Below, piece by piece: positions 47,671 through 60,986 of a DNA stretch of 64,000 nucleotides. The DNA comes from Mustelus asterias. Its lineage: Eukaryota. Every line of letters begins with the position of its first letter. Position 1 is the stretch's first letter. The translations under genes and the position numbers were made by a program. The stretch covers positions 61,256,001-61,320,000 of the forward strand of contig NC_135813.1 in NCBI RefSeq assembly GCF_964213995.1, given 5' to 3'. The notes under the pieces were generated by a model. That model made no database searches. It was given only the letters and a program-made list of their open reading frames with translations, and was not told the DNA's origin.

Positions 47671-48222
47671 CATGAATCCATGCTGACTCTGTCTGATCCT
47701 GCCACTGCTTTCTCCATGCTCCGATATAAAATCCTTGATAACGGATTGGAGAACTTTCCCCACTGCTGATGTTAGGCTTACTGGCCTATATTTCCCTGTT
47801 TTCCCTGTACCTCCCTTTTTGAATAATAGAATGACATCAGCTACCCTCCAATCTGCCGGGACTGTTCCAGAGTCTATAGCATCCTGGAAGATGACCAGCA
47901 ATGAATTCGTTATTTCTCGAGCCACTTCCTTAACTACTCTGGGATGTAGATTATCAGGCCTTGGGGATCTATCCACCTTCAATCCCATCAATTTTCCCAG
48001 CACCATTTCTCTAATAATACTGATCTCCCTCAGTTGTTCCCTCTCACTACATCTTGCATTCTCTAACATATCTGATATCTGATTTGTGTCCTTTTTTGTG
48101 AAGACAGAACCAAAGCATGTATTCAAATGCTCAGCCATTTCCTTGTCCCTATTCTACATTGCCCCGTTTCTGTCTGTAGGGGACCTACATTTGTCTTCAG
48201 CAACCTCTTTCTCTTCACGTAG
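47671..48222 (-). mobile_element. Older CR1 LINE, 5' part
   Basis: ORF piece LHPRVVKE...KYRPVSLTS...QSQHGFM. Confidence 0.85.
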
Positions 48223-48269
48223 TTACCTCAGAATGTTACCATTTCGAGTTAATTACTGGAAAATAACAT

Positions 48270-49020
48270 TTGTGATGAGGTGCAAAAGCAACAGTTTGTT
48301 CTTCCCCAAAATTGGAGGAAATTCGTGCTCATCCAGGAGCCCAATGAGATGACTATGAGGTAGGGCTGCGTGGTTTCAGAGTGCAAACAGAATATCATGT
48401 GCTGTCAGATGATATCGCCAATGGGAAGAGCAGTTAGATCGGAAACAGGAGGGGCCAAGGATAAATGGTTTGAGTGCTGGAATGGGATCAGGAAGAGATT
48501 GCAGGTAACTGTATGGTTATTACTTGATAAAGAAGAATGGAAGCAAGTGGAAACAGATCCAACCAACGAACCGACAGTGGAGAGTCATTGCATCATGTGA
48601 TGAACCGTTCCAAAGGCTGAAACAAGATCGAAAAGAATGAGCTGATTGTTTTGAACAGTAGCTGTTGCATACAACGTGACTATGATACGAGTTATCCCAT
48701 AATCCCAGTGGCAGTAGCAGAAACGTGATTGGAGGAATTCAAACGGAGAACGACTGTTCAGAAAGTAATGAATTTGGGGGATAACAATACATTCAAGGCG
48801 TTTGGCGTGGAAAATGCATTTGAAGATGGTGCAGTGATTTTGCAGGACAGCGGGACAAGGTTTTCGGACCGGATTAATGATGACTGGAGAGCGAGTGCCT
48901 GAGGAAAGAGAGCAGGGAATGCTATCGGCGAAGATGGAAGCAGGCAGGGATGTTGGATGGTCAGGGGTTGAGTGGGAAAACAGCCAAGGGAGTGGAGGAT
49001 TTAATGGACAAGTTTAAACC
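48270..49020 (-). mobile_element. Degenerate L2-like LINE fragment
   Basis: Remnant LGPLLF..LPIGDII RT motif on the minus strand. Confidence 0.45.
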
Positions 49021-50849
49021 TTTGAGTGAATGAGAGGATACGGTATACGGTATTTCAGACCTCAGCTGTGGTTAAGTTTTCTGATGTCCGTTCTGACTTG
49101 CTTCTCTCTGATTCAAGATTATTCCCTCTTTTTCTGGATTCTGTCGTGACTGGAAATACTTTGTTTGGTCTGATCCTATCACATCCCTTCATCATTTCGA
49201 ATACTTTGATTAGATGTCTTCTCTCGCTTTAAAATGCAAAGAAATACAGGCCACGTTAAAGCACCTTGTCTTGATAGTCCAACCCTTAAAGCAATCAGAG
49301 GATAAATCGGGCTTCAATGTTTGCTGAAGTCTCCCGGGAGATTCTCCTGCAGATGGCAAGGAAATAGAGAGAGGCGCTAACCCCAGCGGAAGGGAGAAGG
49401 AGGAGGTGAGGTCACCTTATGAAGAAGACAAGCAAATCAGCAATCTCGCGGTAGTCACATAAATATGGCTACAGTGCCATATGCATTGCAATAACTCGGT
49501 GCAATCAGAAAAGATGAGTGACATTCTTAACAGTAATTTCACAGCTCCACATGTACTGAACAGTGCCTAAAAGATGTAAGACGAGCTGGTCAGCCCATGT
49601 AGCGACACGATCAGTGAGCAGTGTCGACAGTAAAATGCAGTGGAGCCCCACATTAGAAGAAGCTCATGGTCAGTCAGGGTAGATAGCTGTAAACCCCAGA
49701 CTGAATGGCAGCTCGGAGAACATCTCCTGGTAAGGTGCGACTCAATATGGAAAGTGGCAGAAACAGAAAAGCGCAAACAGCCTTTCAAAATTATTGACCC
49801 TGTTTATGCATTTGATAACAGGAGAAACATGATTATAAGACCAGGTGGTGGGGAGGATTTGGGGGTGGTGTGCTATTCAGAAGTAAAGTGGCTCGTAACA
49901 TAGAGAAGGCATAGATGTGGGATGGTTTCCACCAGGGCAGCCTAGCGCTGAGGGTGAGGAGGTTGTCGACTCATTGAAGGGGATTGAAACAGGAATCCTG
50001 GCGCCCAGCTGCCTTCTCAGTGTCGGATCCTTGCGACCTCACTGGCTCCGCCTGCAGTGGTTCAGGAAAAGTGACGTTCTCACTAGTTAGTGACCTCAAA
50101 GTTTTTCCACTTCTGAACCCCACCACGGTGTATGTCTCTGCACTGGTGAAGTAACCGCTGAAAGTGTTGATTTGTCTGAGACTTAACTGGAGCTATTATC
50201 CGGGCTTTTGTGTTCCGCCCAGCCGGAAAATGCTGCTCCCTTGCAGTGTCTGCCAGAGAAGATAAATATTTTGAGTCTGTGGAAGTGACATAGGATATAA
50301 GCGAAAAAGCTCGCGTGAGTTTGGTGAGGTGGCGATCAGATTTTGAGTCCTCACTTATTTTCCTCAAGCCCAGTTCCGCCTCGGCGTAGGAGAAGCCCTG
50401 TCCTTCCCCAGCAAACAATGCGGCTCTCCCCTCAAACTTCGTTAGAGGATTCAATTCGGCCATCTCTCCGCCCGACTTTGCTCTCTCTCCAGACAGTTCT
50501 GAGCGTTGTTTTCCTGCAAGGGAACAGATGGGGAGCGTGCAAGCAGGCCGCGTGGTAGGCGTACGCGCGTGAGTGGGTTAGCAGAGATTGACCAGAACAG
50601 TGACTGACGCTGGCTGAGTGGAGGAGGTCATTCATTCTCTATCTACACTTGCACTTCCGACCCCCTGTGCAAAGTGTTGGCACTAATGAGAGCTGCCACC
50701 GCAGTTCATGCCATGTTGGTGAACTTGCTCGAGGGCCACCTCCCTGTCTTTGCTTTCGGACTTTCGCCTGCACCCCTTCAGTATTTTGCCCTGCTCCGGG
50801 TCTGAAAACTTTGGTGCCGCCTTCTTCGCAGCCGTCCTCTGCTTTGGAC

Positions 50850-51592
50850 TTTGATTTTAATTTGATTTATTATTGTCACATGTATTAACATACAGTGAAA
50901 AGTATTGTTTCTTGCGCGCTATACAGGCAAAACAGCGTTCATAGAGAAGGAAACGAGAGAGTACAAAATGTAGTGTTACAGTCATAGCTAGGGTGTAGAG
51001 AAAGATCAACTTAATGCAAGGTAAGTCCATTCAGAAGTCTGACAGCAGCAGGGAAGAAGCTGTTCTTGAGTCAGTTTGTAGGTGACCTCAGACTTTTGTA
51101 TCATTTTCCTGAAGGAAGAAGGTGGAAGAGAGAATGTCCGGGGTGTCTGCGGTCCTTAATTATGCCGGCTGATTTGTCGAGGCAGCAGGAAGTGTAGACA
51201 GAGTCAATGGATGGGAGGCTGGTTTGTATGATGGATTGGGCTACATTCACGATCTTTTGTAGTTCCTTGCGATCTTGGACAGAGCAGAAGCCATACCAAA
51301 CTGTGATACAACCAGAAAGAATGATTTCTATGGTGCATCTGTAAACGTTGGTGAGAGTCGTAGCTGACATGCAAAATTTCCTTCGTCTTCTGAGAAAATA
51401 GAGGCGTTGGTGGGCTTTCTCAATTGTAGTGTCAGCATGGGGGGACCAGGACAGGCTGTTGGTGATCTGGACACCTAAAAACCTAAAGCTCTCGACCCTT
51501 TCTACTTCGTCCCCATCGATGTAGACAGGGGCATGTTCTCCTTTACGCTTCCTGAAGTCAATGGCAATCTCCTTCGTTTTGTTGACATTGAG
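50850..51592 (-). mobile_element. Rex1/Babar-type LINE 3' fragment
   Basis: YRCTIE.ILSGCITVWYG...HPGHSLFHLLPSG C-terminal domain, 3' UTR and a short-repeat tail. Confidence 0.8.
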
Positions 51593-51963
51593 AACAGGTT
51601 CTAGGCAGTCGTTAAAGTGGAGCTTCCCAGTAATTCAAGCAGTCAGCCTGAGGACAGCCCGGCGAGTATAGAGTCCATCCGTGCAGCGATTAATTCCTGT
51701 TCTGAGGCTGAAGGTACGGCAGGAAGACAGATACCGCCACTGGTGGGCAACAGCCCAGTTTTCCCGCCGGACTGGACACTTGGCCAAAATTTTGAAAATA
51801 CCGCCCGGCGTCTGGAGTATTGTGTACAGTTTTGGTCTGCGCATGTGAGAAACCGTATGATAGTGTCAGAAGCAGCTCAGCGAATGTTCATTCGACAGAT
51901 GAAAGGGTAATCTGATTTGGAAAGGTTTTACAGTTAGGGCCTGGATCTATTAGTGTTTAGAGG

Positions 51964-52172
51964 AATCATAGAATCCCTACAATGCAGAAGAATTCCATTC
52001 AGCCCATCGAATCTGCACCGACCACAATCCCACCCAGGCCCTATTCCCGTAACCCCACATATTTACCCTGCTAATGCCCTGATACTAGGGGCAATTGGCC
52101 AATTAACCTAACCCGCACATCTTTGGACTGTGGGAGGAAACCGGAGCACCCGGTGGAAACCCACGCAGACAC
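51964..52172 (-). mobile_element. HE1-type V-SINE 3' half, inserted in an old CR1 fragment (about 51810-52550)
   Basis: Reverse complement of the body and tail of the 32820 SINE. Confidence 0.75.
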
Positions 52173-53799
52173 GATGACAGGGAGTCAAATTGAAACATAT
52201 AAGGCCCCGAGGGGAGTTGACAGGAGGCTGTTGAGATCTGTTTCCCCTTGTGGGAGAGACTGGAACTAGGAGACATAGCTTTGAAACAAGAGATCTTCTA
52301 TATAAGTGGGTAAGGAAAAATTCTTTCGCTCAGAGGGTCGTTTGTCTTTCGAATTCTTTGCCCAAAAAACAAGGTCATTGAATATTTTTAAGACAGACTG
52401 ATTCTTGGCTGCCAAGTTTATTTAAGGGTATCGGGGGGTAGACGGGAAAGTGGATTTAAGACCACAATCAAATGAACCATGATCTTACAGAATAGCAGAT
52501 CAGGATTGGGGGGCTAAATGGTCGAATGCTGTTGCTGGCCGTATGTTCTTGTCAGTTTCCTTTGCTTCTAATTTGATCTTATCAAGGATTTGAACCATCA
52601 GATAATTTACTCTGGTGTTGGCAGCATCACCTTTTAAGATATCACATTCAAGGCAGAGGTAGCAAGACCTCTACAGACACTGGGGGAACAATCTGCTATT
52701 CTTTGCATACATAAACCTAAGTCAATCAGATTTTCTGTTATTCTATATTTTCATCAATAAAGCGGAGGAACTCATTAAATAAGGTAATTAGAAATACCGT
52801 AGGACAATATTCTAAAAACGGCTTTCATTTTTAATCCATATTTTCCGAGTGTCAATTAATTTTGTCCGGAATCGTTTTGTCTATAACGTTCGTGAGGATA
52901 TGATTTTATACAACTCCTATTTAAAAAGTAGGTTTCGACATGAAATATACTCGCTATTGTCAATTGGGAAAAATATTACCAGACGAGCGGTCTGGGTAGA
53001 ACAGGGCTGTGTTTGATATATAGGTTGGCGGCGTGGTATGTTTTAAATGCATTTAATGGTGGCTATAATGGAAGGGTTTGCTTGGACGTAATCTACAAGA
53101 ACGTTGGAAGCTCCTACGTGAAATAATAAAGAAAAACTTAGTGGAGAAGCTATTCCTGATGTACTTCTGTTCTGACTGCATTCTGTGTAAAGCCGTCCAG
53201 TGGGCGGTTTAAAGAAACGGTGTTCAAACATTGCAATCCAAAGCTAAGAAACTGGAAAAGATAGTTGAATACACTTTAGGACGTATCAAAGGGTTTATGG
53301 AACCATTTATAGTCTTACAGTTAATTTGGATTCTTAGTGTTGTTACTACTTTGAGACATTTTAACCATTCTTCATGAAATAAAATTTCCCGGTCCTGTGT
53401 ACACGAAGTGCAATATTGCCACCTTCTGGCTCGTAAGCATATGGCACACAGGGATGGCGCAGTCGCATTCGAATTGACGGATTTCATGCAAGCCTCCCAT
53501 CGGAGGCTGGAATTCTATTGCAATTATTCATCAGGTACATAAATATTTGTGAATGTTGGTGCAGGTATACATTTAATATACCCGGTGAGGAACAAACGCA
53601 TACATGGTCAATGCATTTTCTTGATGTAATAAATAATGTTCTGCATGCATTTGTTGTTCAGAATGTCATCAGTAATTGAAAACATGTCAGATATTGAATT
53701 GGCTCATAATTCCCAGGCTATATTTAATAAAGGATACGACATCCGAAGTGGAAAATATGTCCGACTGAATGCCTGTCTACATGGACTACATGTTGTCTA

Positions 53800-54722
53800 C
53801 ATGTTGTCTACATGGACTTCAGTAAGGCCTTTGACAAAGTCCCTCATGGCAGACTGGTGCAGAATGTGAAGTCGCATGGGATCAGAGGTGAGCTGGCAAG
53901 GTGGATACAAAACTGGCTCAGTCAAAGAAGGCAGAGGGTAGAAGTGGAAGGGTGCGTTTCTGAATGGAGGGCTGTGATCAGTGGTGTTCCTCAGGGATCA
54001 GTGCTGGGAACTTGGCTGTTTGTAATATATATAAATGATTTGGAGAAAAATGTAACTGGATTGATTAGTAAGTTTGTGGACGACGCAAAGATTGGTGGAT
54101 TTGTGGATAGCGATGAGGACCAACAGAGGATACAGCAGGATATGGATAGGTTGGAGACTTGGGCGGAGAGATGGCAGATGGAGTTTAATCCGGACAAATG
54201 TGAGGTAATGCATTTTGGAAGGTTTAATACAGATAGGAAATATACAGTAAATGGCAGAACCCTTAGGAGTATTGATAGGCAAAGGGATCTGGGTGTACAG
54301 GTACACAGGTCACTGAAAGTGGCAATGCAGGTGGAGAAGGTAGTCAAGAAGGCATACGGCATGCTTGCCTTCATCGGCCGGGGTGTTGAGTTTAAAAATT
54401 GGCAAGTCATGTTGCAGCTTTATAGAACCTTAGTTAGGCCGCACTTGGAATATAATGTTCAATTCTGGTCGCCACACTACCAGAAGGGTGTGGAGGCTTT
54501 GGAGAGGGTACAGAAAAGATTTACCACAATGTTGCCTGGTATGGAGGGCATTAGCTATGAGGAGAGGTTGGAGGAACTTGGTTTGCTCTCACTGGAGCGA
54601 CGGAGGTTGAGAGGAGACCTGATAGAAGTCTACAAGATTATGAAAGGCATGGACAGAGTGGATACCCAGAAGCTTTTTCCCAAGGTGGACGAGTCAATTA
54701 CTAGGGGGCATAGGTTTAAGGT
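53800..54722 (+). mobile_element. CR1 LINE RT fragment, truncated at both ends
   Basis: MDFSKAFD...GVPQGSVLG...FVDD...TRGHRFKV then abrupt loss of homology; (TGTCTACATG)-like stutter at the 5' junction. Confidence 0.9.
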
Positions 54723-55019
54723 GTTCACAAATCGTTTTGGTCTTTTCAGCGGGATGATCCAATTTAAGATCCACAGTTTCCATGAGGGATTTGGTCGGAA
54801 CATGCACGGGAGCTAACGTTGTGCAATGTGTGAAGATCGAAGAAATTCGTTGTTCATGGTTGCACGCGTGGTCTCAAGTTCGAACCATCGCATACATATT
54901 GGAGTTGTTCTTGCCGTGACCCTAATGCAGAATGTGTTCACGGTGCTGCAGTGTAGCTTTACCTAGAACAACCAAAACTATATACTCCATTGCCATAGTG
55001 AAAAACAGTCAAGATAATA

Positions 55020-56335
55020 TAATGGGACCTTCCCCGAATCTGGGGAATTTTTGGAAAATAAAACCGAATCTATCAACTAACTGAACAGCCATTCATTTCA
55101 TGATCCTTGGATGAGGTCCATCCGGATCCGATTTTTGTCAGCCTGCCGCTCCAAAGTTTTACTGAGTACTACCTCTCTGCTAACTGTAATTTCGTCAGTT
55201 CCTTCCTCCCTTCCACTTCCTGATTGTTAGTTGCTTCTGGGATGTTATGTGTATCTTCAATAATGAAGAATGATGAAATATACCTGTTCAATACATCTGC
55301 CATCTCTTTGATTTCCCTTACAAATTCTCCGGACTCACTTTCGAAATGACCAGCACTCACTTTGGTAACTTTTCTTTTTTGAAAAAAAATATTCATAAGA
55401 AATCTACCTATCTGTTTTTTATATTTCTGGTAGACTCTAATTTTTCCCTCCTTATTAATTTTTAGTCATCCTTTGTTATTCCTTATATTTTGTTCAATCT
55501 TCTGAGGTTCCACCAGTCTTTGCGTAGTTATGTGATTTTTCTTTAAGTTTCTTACTACATTTAACCTTTCTGTTTAACCATGGACGGTGTGTCAGTCCAT
55601 TGAACTTTTTCTTACTCGTTGGAAGGTATCTATTTTGTGCATTCAACATTTTTCCCTGAAATACATCCCACTGCCTTTCAACTGATCGATCCCTTAACCT
55701 AATTTACCAACTGACCCTAACCAACCCAGCTGTCGTACGTTCATATGTGCCCTTACTTAACATATATTAGTCCCATTGCTCTCTCTCTCAAACTGAACGT
55801 AAAATTCAATCATATTAATGTCGTTGATGCCCAGGGGTGCATTCCCTGTGAGATCAACAATTACTCCCATCCCGTTACTCAATACAAGATCTCGTGTCGC
55901 CTGTCCTCTGGTTGCTCGGAAAACTAAAATAAAAGCCTGAAAACATGCAATGAACATTTAAGCTAAAGTTACGTCTAACTTTTCCAATCTATATGTCAAT
56001 GTCACTCAATGTTTAAATTAAAATATCATATGGTTATTGCCCTGCCTTTCTGACAAGCTCCAAATATTTCGTCCATTATTCTCCACCCCACCATGTGCTT
56101 ACCGTTCGGGTGCCTACACAGGAATAGCAAAAGTGACTCCTTGCATTTACCCTTACCCATCTCCACCCAAACGGTTCCCACATCCTGGTATTCTGAACTT
56201 CGATCACCCCTCTCTATTGTGCTGACACCGTCATTAACGAACAGAGATACACCACCTTTTCCTTATCTTGACTGTCCTGAATATCCGGCACCTTTCAATA
56301 TTGAGCTTAGAATCCAGGTCCTCCTGCAGCCATGT
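55020..56335 (-). mobile_element. Degenerate CR1 ORF2 endonuclease/linker fragment
   Basis: ORF pieces ATRDLVLSN..APLGINDINMIEF, EMADVLNRY.SSFF. Confidence 0.6.
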
Positions 56336-57118
56336 CGCCATTTTGTGTCCGCGCTGAACTAAAGCTGGCGACTCACAATCTTCAGGCTCTGCTGCGCAAT
56401 GACACAAGTCAATGATCAATACGCATCTGCAGTATGTATCATCTCTCTGCCTCGGAGAATGATTTGTCGCAAGCGTAGGTGGCGAATTCAAGTGATTCCA
56501 AGGTCTCTATAACATAAATGCATTATCCCCTCAATATTGCAATGAAACTAATGTAATTTGCTCCCAATGAAATCCACTTTCCATTGAAACAGAAATTAAG
56601 AAGCTGCACTTCTTTAAAGCTAGTCGGTAGGATTTGTTGACGTGTTCCCCGTTGGATTTTACATATGCATTGCGTCCCCGGGCGATAATTCTTAAACTGA
56701 ATAGAAATCGAAATCACTGAGGCTTGAATCAGGAGAGGCGCGTCATGCAATGGTCTGCCAGCAGCCGACTCTGCACTATAGTTGGACCTTTCTTTCAGTT
56801 GAAGAATGCTTAATTATTTAAAGTCGCATTTGGTTAAATGGCAATGTGTGGTTGAATCTTGTAGGTTTGAACGAATTTCAATTGATCGCCAATGTCGCAG
56901 AATTTAAACAGTCAGATGTATCTTTTTAAAATCAATCAATGTAATTTCCCATGAACTCAATCAGCGTCGCCACAGTAAATTGGGTGACGAAATTTACATT
57001 CAACAATTTCGGTATGTTATAAATTAGTCGGGTGTTAAGGAAATATGGAATATTAACTTCAACAAACGTCAAGCGGACTAATTCCAAGCATCCAATCAAC
57101 AGTCGTGAGGTGTTAGAC

Positions 57119-57126
57119 ATTTGCAT
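57119..57126 (+). promoter_or_regulatory. Ig promoter octamer, gene 2
   Basis: ATTTGCAT about 125 bp upstream of the leader ATG. Confidence 0.85.
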
Positions 57127-57250
57127 AACTCGTCCATGCGGTTGTGATATCCGGTGGTGTAAATGTTCTTAAAGAGAGGTTTAGACGCTGCCGAATTATT
57201 AGATTCAAGTAGGGAAATATTTTGTTCTGCTCTTGATCAGGATCTACAAA

Positions 57251-57299
57251 ATGAGCGAGTGGCTTCTTGTTTTCGGCGTTATGGCGCTTTGTTTGCAAT
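57251..57299 (+). CDS. IGL: Ig light chain gene 2, leader exon (MSEWLLVFGVMALCLQ)
   Basis: ATG at 57251; donor T|GTAAGT at 57300. Confidence 0.9.
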
Positions 57300-57449
57300 G
57301 TAAGTACGAGTCTGGATTTTTTTAAAAATCTTTCTCTTCCCCTGATCAAATCAAATCAATCCCAAATGAAATATTTGATTTGGTCGAAGCAGGACTGCTG
57401 AACTGTTTACGGAAGAGTCGCTGAGCAATAACATTTTAATTTTTTTTAG

Positions 57450-57800
57450 GTACCAACGCTGCTTCTGTGCTAACTCAGTCAGCGTCCGTCTCAACTTCAC
57501 TGGGAAGAACCGTCAAAATCACTTGCACCATGTCCGGCGGCAGCATCAGCAGCTACCACACCAGCTGGTACTGGCAGAAAGCTGACAGTTCCCCTGTTTT
57601 CGTTTGGAGGGACTATGATTCTTCTCGAGGTTCGGGGATTCCTGAGCGATTCACTGGATCGAGGGACACATCGAGAAACGTTATGCAGTTAACCATCTCC
57701 AATGTAAAGACCGAGGATGTCGCTGATTATTATTGTGGCGCCTGGGATTACACTGTTGGTGGATTCGTTTTCGGGAAAGGAACTAAACTCTATGTGGGCG
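57450..57800 (+). CDS. IGL: Ig lambda-type (type II) light chain gene 2, germline-joined V-J exon
   Basis: Acceptor at 57448-57449; open V with CGAWDYTVGGFVFGKGTKLYVG; donor at 57801. Confidence 0.95.
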
Positions 57801-59608
57801 GTAAGTAGAATTTTCGCCATGTAAATCTCAGATTGTTAAACTTCAAATTCTGAATTTATCTAGCAGCGCAGAAATTCTTTGGAACAAACATTGATAATTC
57901 ATGCATGATGTCTTAGAAATAAGTCTGTTTCCAGTTTGTTGCTCCAGAAAATAGATGTCCTAACATCTTCGGATTTTTTATTTGGAGCGGCATTGTAATT
58001 GAGCTTGCCGAAATTTAATTTTAATGCATCCATAATACGTGTTAATCTGCATGGGAAGCTATTGAGAAACATACAGATGCTCGTTATTTACTTTACATCA
58101 CTTTGCAATGAAAATACCCGGTGTGATGTTTTGAAATGCATATTAAGCGACATCATTACGTGAAATATTTTACAATTCCCCCATGCGATGGTATTAGGTA
58201 GTCGCATTCAGGGAGTTGGAGCCTTTGCATTTTCTGGGAAGATTCAGTGATCTCTATACTCAGCAGAAATGGTTCCGTTGTTGCGACATTTTCAACATTG
58301 TGTTTCATATCAGTCATTTATTTATAATTTCACCTGTAAATAATAAATAACAACAATACATCCCGATTAGATCAGGAATTTTAATATCAATTGCACATTT
58401 TAAGAATCCGACGTTCTTTTTGGAGATGACGTATTGAGATATCAGTGATAAAATGGAAATAGTGGTTTGTTTTCTTATGAGAGTCTTTACGGATGAGGGC
58501 AGTAATCTCTGTTTAGTATGATAAGTAAAATAAAAAATAGTGGCTAGAGAGAGTTTAATTGAATTCCATCAAGTTGAACTTCCTTGGTAATCTCTGAGAG
58601 CTTGATTGATCGTCATCAAGAAATCAAGGCAATTTACTTCCGACAATTGGGCATATGTTTTTCGCTATTTTCTTTCCGAAGATTATAGGAGGGAGCAAAA
58701 CAGGAGATGTTCTGCAATTAATGGCATGGTACACTTTCCCCATCTTTCTCAGCGTATGCTATAGTATTGTATGAGCATTAGACGTTGATCCCACAAGCGC
58801 TGAGAGAATAGTACTTTCGAATCTGATTCATTTTATATGAATGTTACTGCGGGATCAGTAAATAAAAGTAAATCCCAGATTCAAGCGAATGTTTACAATC
58901 TCTTTGCGCTATTCCAGGAGCAGCAAAACGTCACAATTCGAAATTTATTCCCCATCCTCGTCCGAATGATTGCCTGAAAAGAAGCATGTTATTATTTCGA
59001 GCTTCTTGCTTTATTTACTATCACCGTGCTTCAAAGTACTTTGTGTGCGATCTGATATTGTGCTCTAAGGTGCCACTCAGTATTCCTTTATAGTAATATT
59101 AGCAAGTAGAAATATTTCAAATTTCTGTAGCAAATGATTCACCGTGTGCTTGGGAACCTAAAATCTGAAATATCTGGAAGCATTTAAATCAAACATTGTC
59201 TGGAGATTAACTTTGCCCGGGGTAGTAGTAGTTCCAGCATTTAATCATAATCAATTGAAAAACAAATCAGGCACTTGGCTGGTGCTCTGAAAGATGGAAC
59301 AGACTGGGACACTTTTCTCTGGAAGAGACTGTTGGAGGGGGGTTGTGGGCACCATTTAATACAGCGCTACAAAATTGATGGATTCCTAGCATAGGTCTTG
59401 ACAAGGTATTTTCACTTTCGTGTTTCCCCAAATACATAGCGTATAGTCACTAATAAAATGAGTGAAAAATCCGAGAGATAACGCTTGTAATTTACCGCCA
59501 CATCCACTGGGCACTGAGAACAATGCCAGTGTTTTTAGGGAGGAGATAAACAAATGTATTTATTCATTTTTTAAAGTTTATGTATGAGTGTCACATGTAG
59601 GCTAACAA

Positions 59609-59793
59609 GCGGGTACAATTTTATCTTTTAAAAAGCATTTAGATAGTTACATGGGTACGATGGGTATAGAGGGACATGGGCCAAATGCGGGCAATTGGGA
59701 TTAGTTTAGGGGCTTAAAAAAAAGGGGCGGCATGGACAAGTTGGGCCGAAGGGCCTCTTTCCATGCTGTAAACCTCTATGACTCTATGACTTT
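59609..59793 (+). mobile_element. CR1 3'-terminal fragment specific to the gene 2 J-C intron
   Basis: CR1 3' UTR with a (CTCTATGA)n tail; absent at the paralogous site near 2799. Confidence 0.8.
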
Positions 59794-60468
59794 AATAGCA
59801 CCGCAATGAAGTTACTGAGAAAATCCCCTTGTTGCCACACTCCGGCGCCTGTTCGGGTACACTGATGGAGCATTTAGCATGGCCAACGCACCTTACCAGC
59901 ACGTCTTTCGGACGGCACCAGGGAGAAATGGAAAGAAGGATCTGGGATAAGATTAGATGCAGTAGGCTGAGAGGAGACTCCGGTGGAGCATAAATATCGG
60001 CATAGACCAGTTGGAGAAATTGGCCAGATTCTCCGTTGAATCTTGCATATAATAATCCAACTGAGGTTGTCGCCACTGAACGTTGTTGAATTTACATAGC
60101 AATCTTCGCCACTCATTTGGTGGTGCCGGTACGGTGGTATAGCTGTGGTGCAGCTGTTCACTCTGCTGCCTCACAGAGCCGCAGGATTCGATTCTGTCCT
60201 TAGAAAAGGTGCTGTCTTGGACGGTCGGCTGCTGTGTTTTTACGCGAAGAAATCGAGATATTTAGGGTTTAATCAAAATGTGGATGAATATTATTTGCAA
60301 TGTACAGTGCCCTCTGATACTATGTAATAAATCTATGTACTCTGTGATTAGCCAAGGCTCTCATGCTCCAACATATAAATTACATAGTTAAATGAAAAAT
60401 ATCTTTTCATTTTGACTGCATCTAATTCGTCGTAGATGTTCATACGTTGTTCCTACTTTTCTTCACAG

Positions 60469-60791
60469 AGCTTAAGGCCCCCACTGTCTCCGTCCTTCCG
60501 CCTTCATCGGATCAAATCAAAGAAAAGGACAAGGCCACCCTGGTGTGTTTTCTTAATGGCTTTAATCCGGGAATTGTGGAGGTTGAATGGGCTATAGATG
60601 GCAGTGTCAGAGGGAATGGTGTTGAGACCAGTCGTGTACTGCAGGAGGCGGGCAACACGTTCAGTGTGAGCAGTTTTCTGACTCTGTCAGCCTCAGAGTG
60701 GCACTCACACAATCTTTACTCCTGTGTAGTTAAACACGAGGCCCTAGCAAACCCGCTTAAAATAACTATAGAGAGGTCTAGCTGTATCTGA
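60469..60791 (+). CDS. IGL: Ig light chain gene 2, constant exon
   Basis: acAG acceptor at 60467-60468; intact C1 domain ending RSSCI*. Confidence 0.95.
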
Positions 60792-60980
60792 TGCAAGAAT
60801 ATTGAGTATTCTTCAATTGTAACCTTACTGAACGTCAGCAGAGCAAAACTGGAACTTAAAGGTGAATTTTTATTTTAAATGCTGTATTTGAAGTAATAAA
60901 AAAACCAAATTAGTTTATGCCATACCATTGTGAGGATATGCTGATTCTACAGTCATCTCAACTTTCTGTCACTGCAGTGT

Positions 60981-60986
60981 AATAAA
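60981..60986 (+). terminator. polyadenylation signal, gene 2
   Basis: AATAAA at the paralogous position; a second AATAAA at 60895-60900. Confidence 0.7.

Noticed and set aside
50083-50463. 126-aa ORF faintly like a Harbinger Myb/SANT protein
   Set aside because: Similarity is too weak to support without an HMM search.
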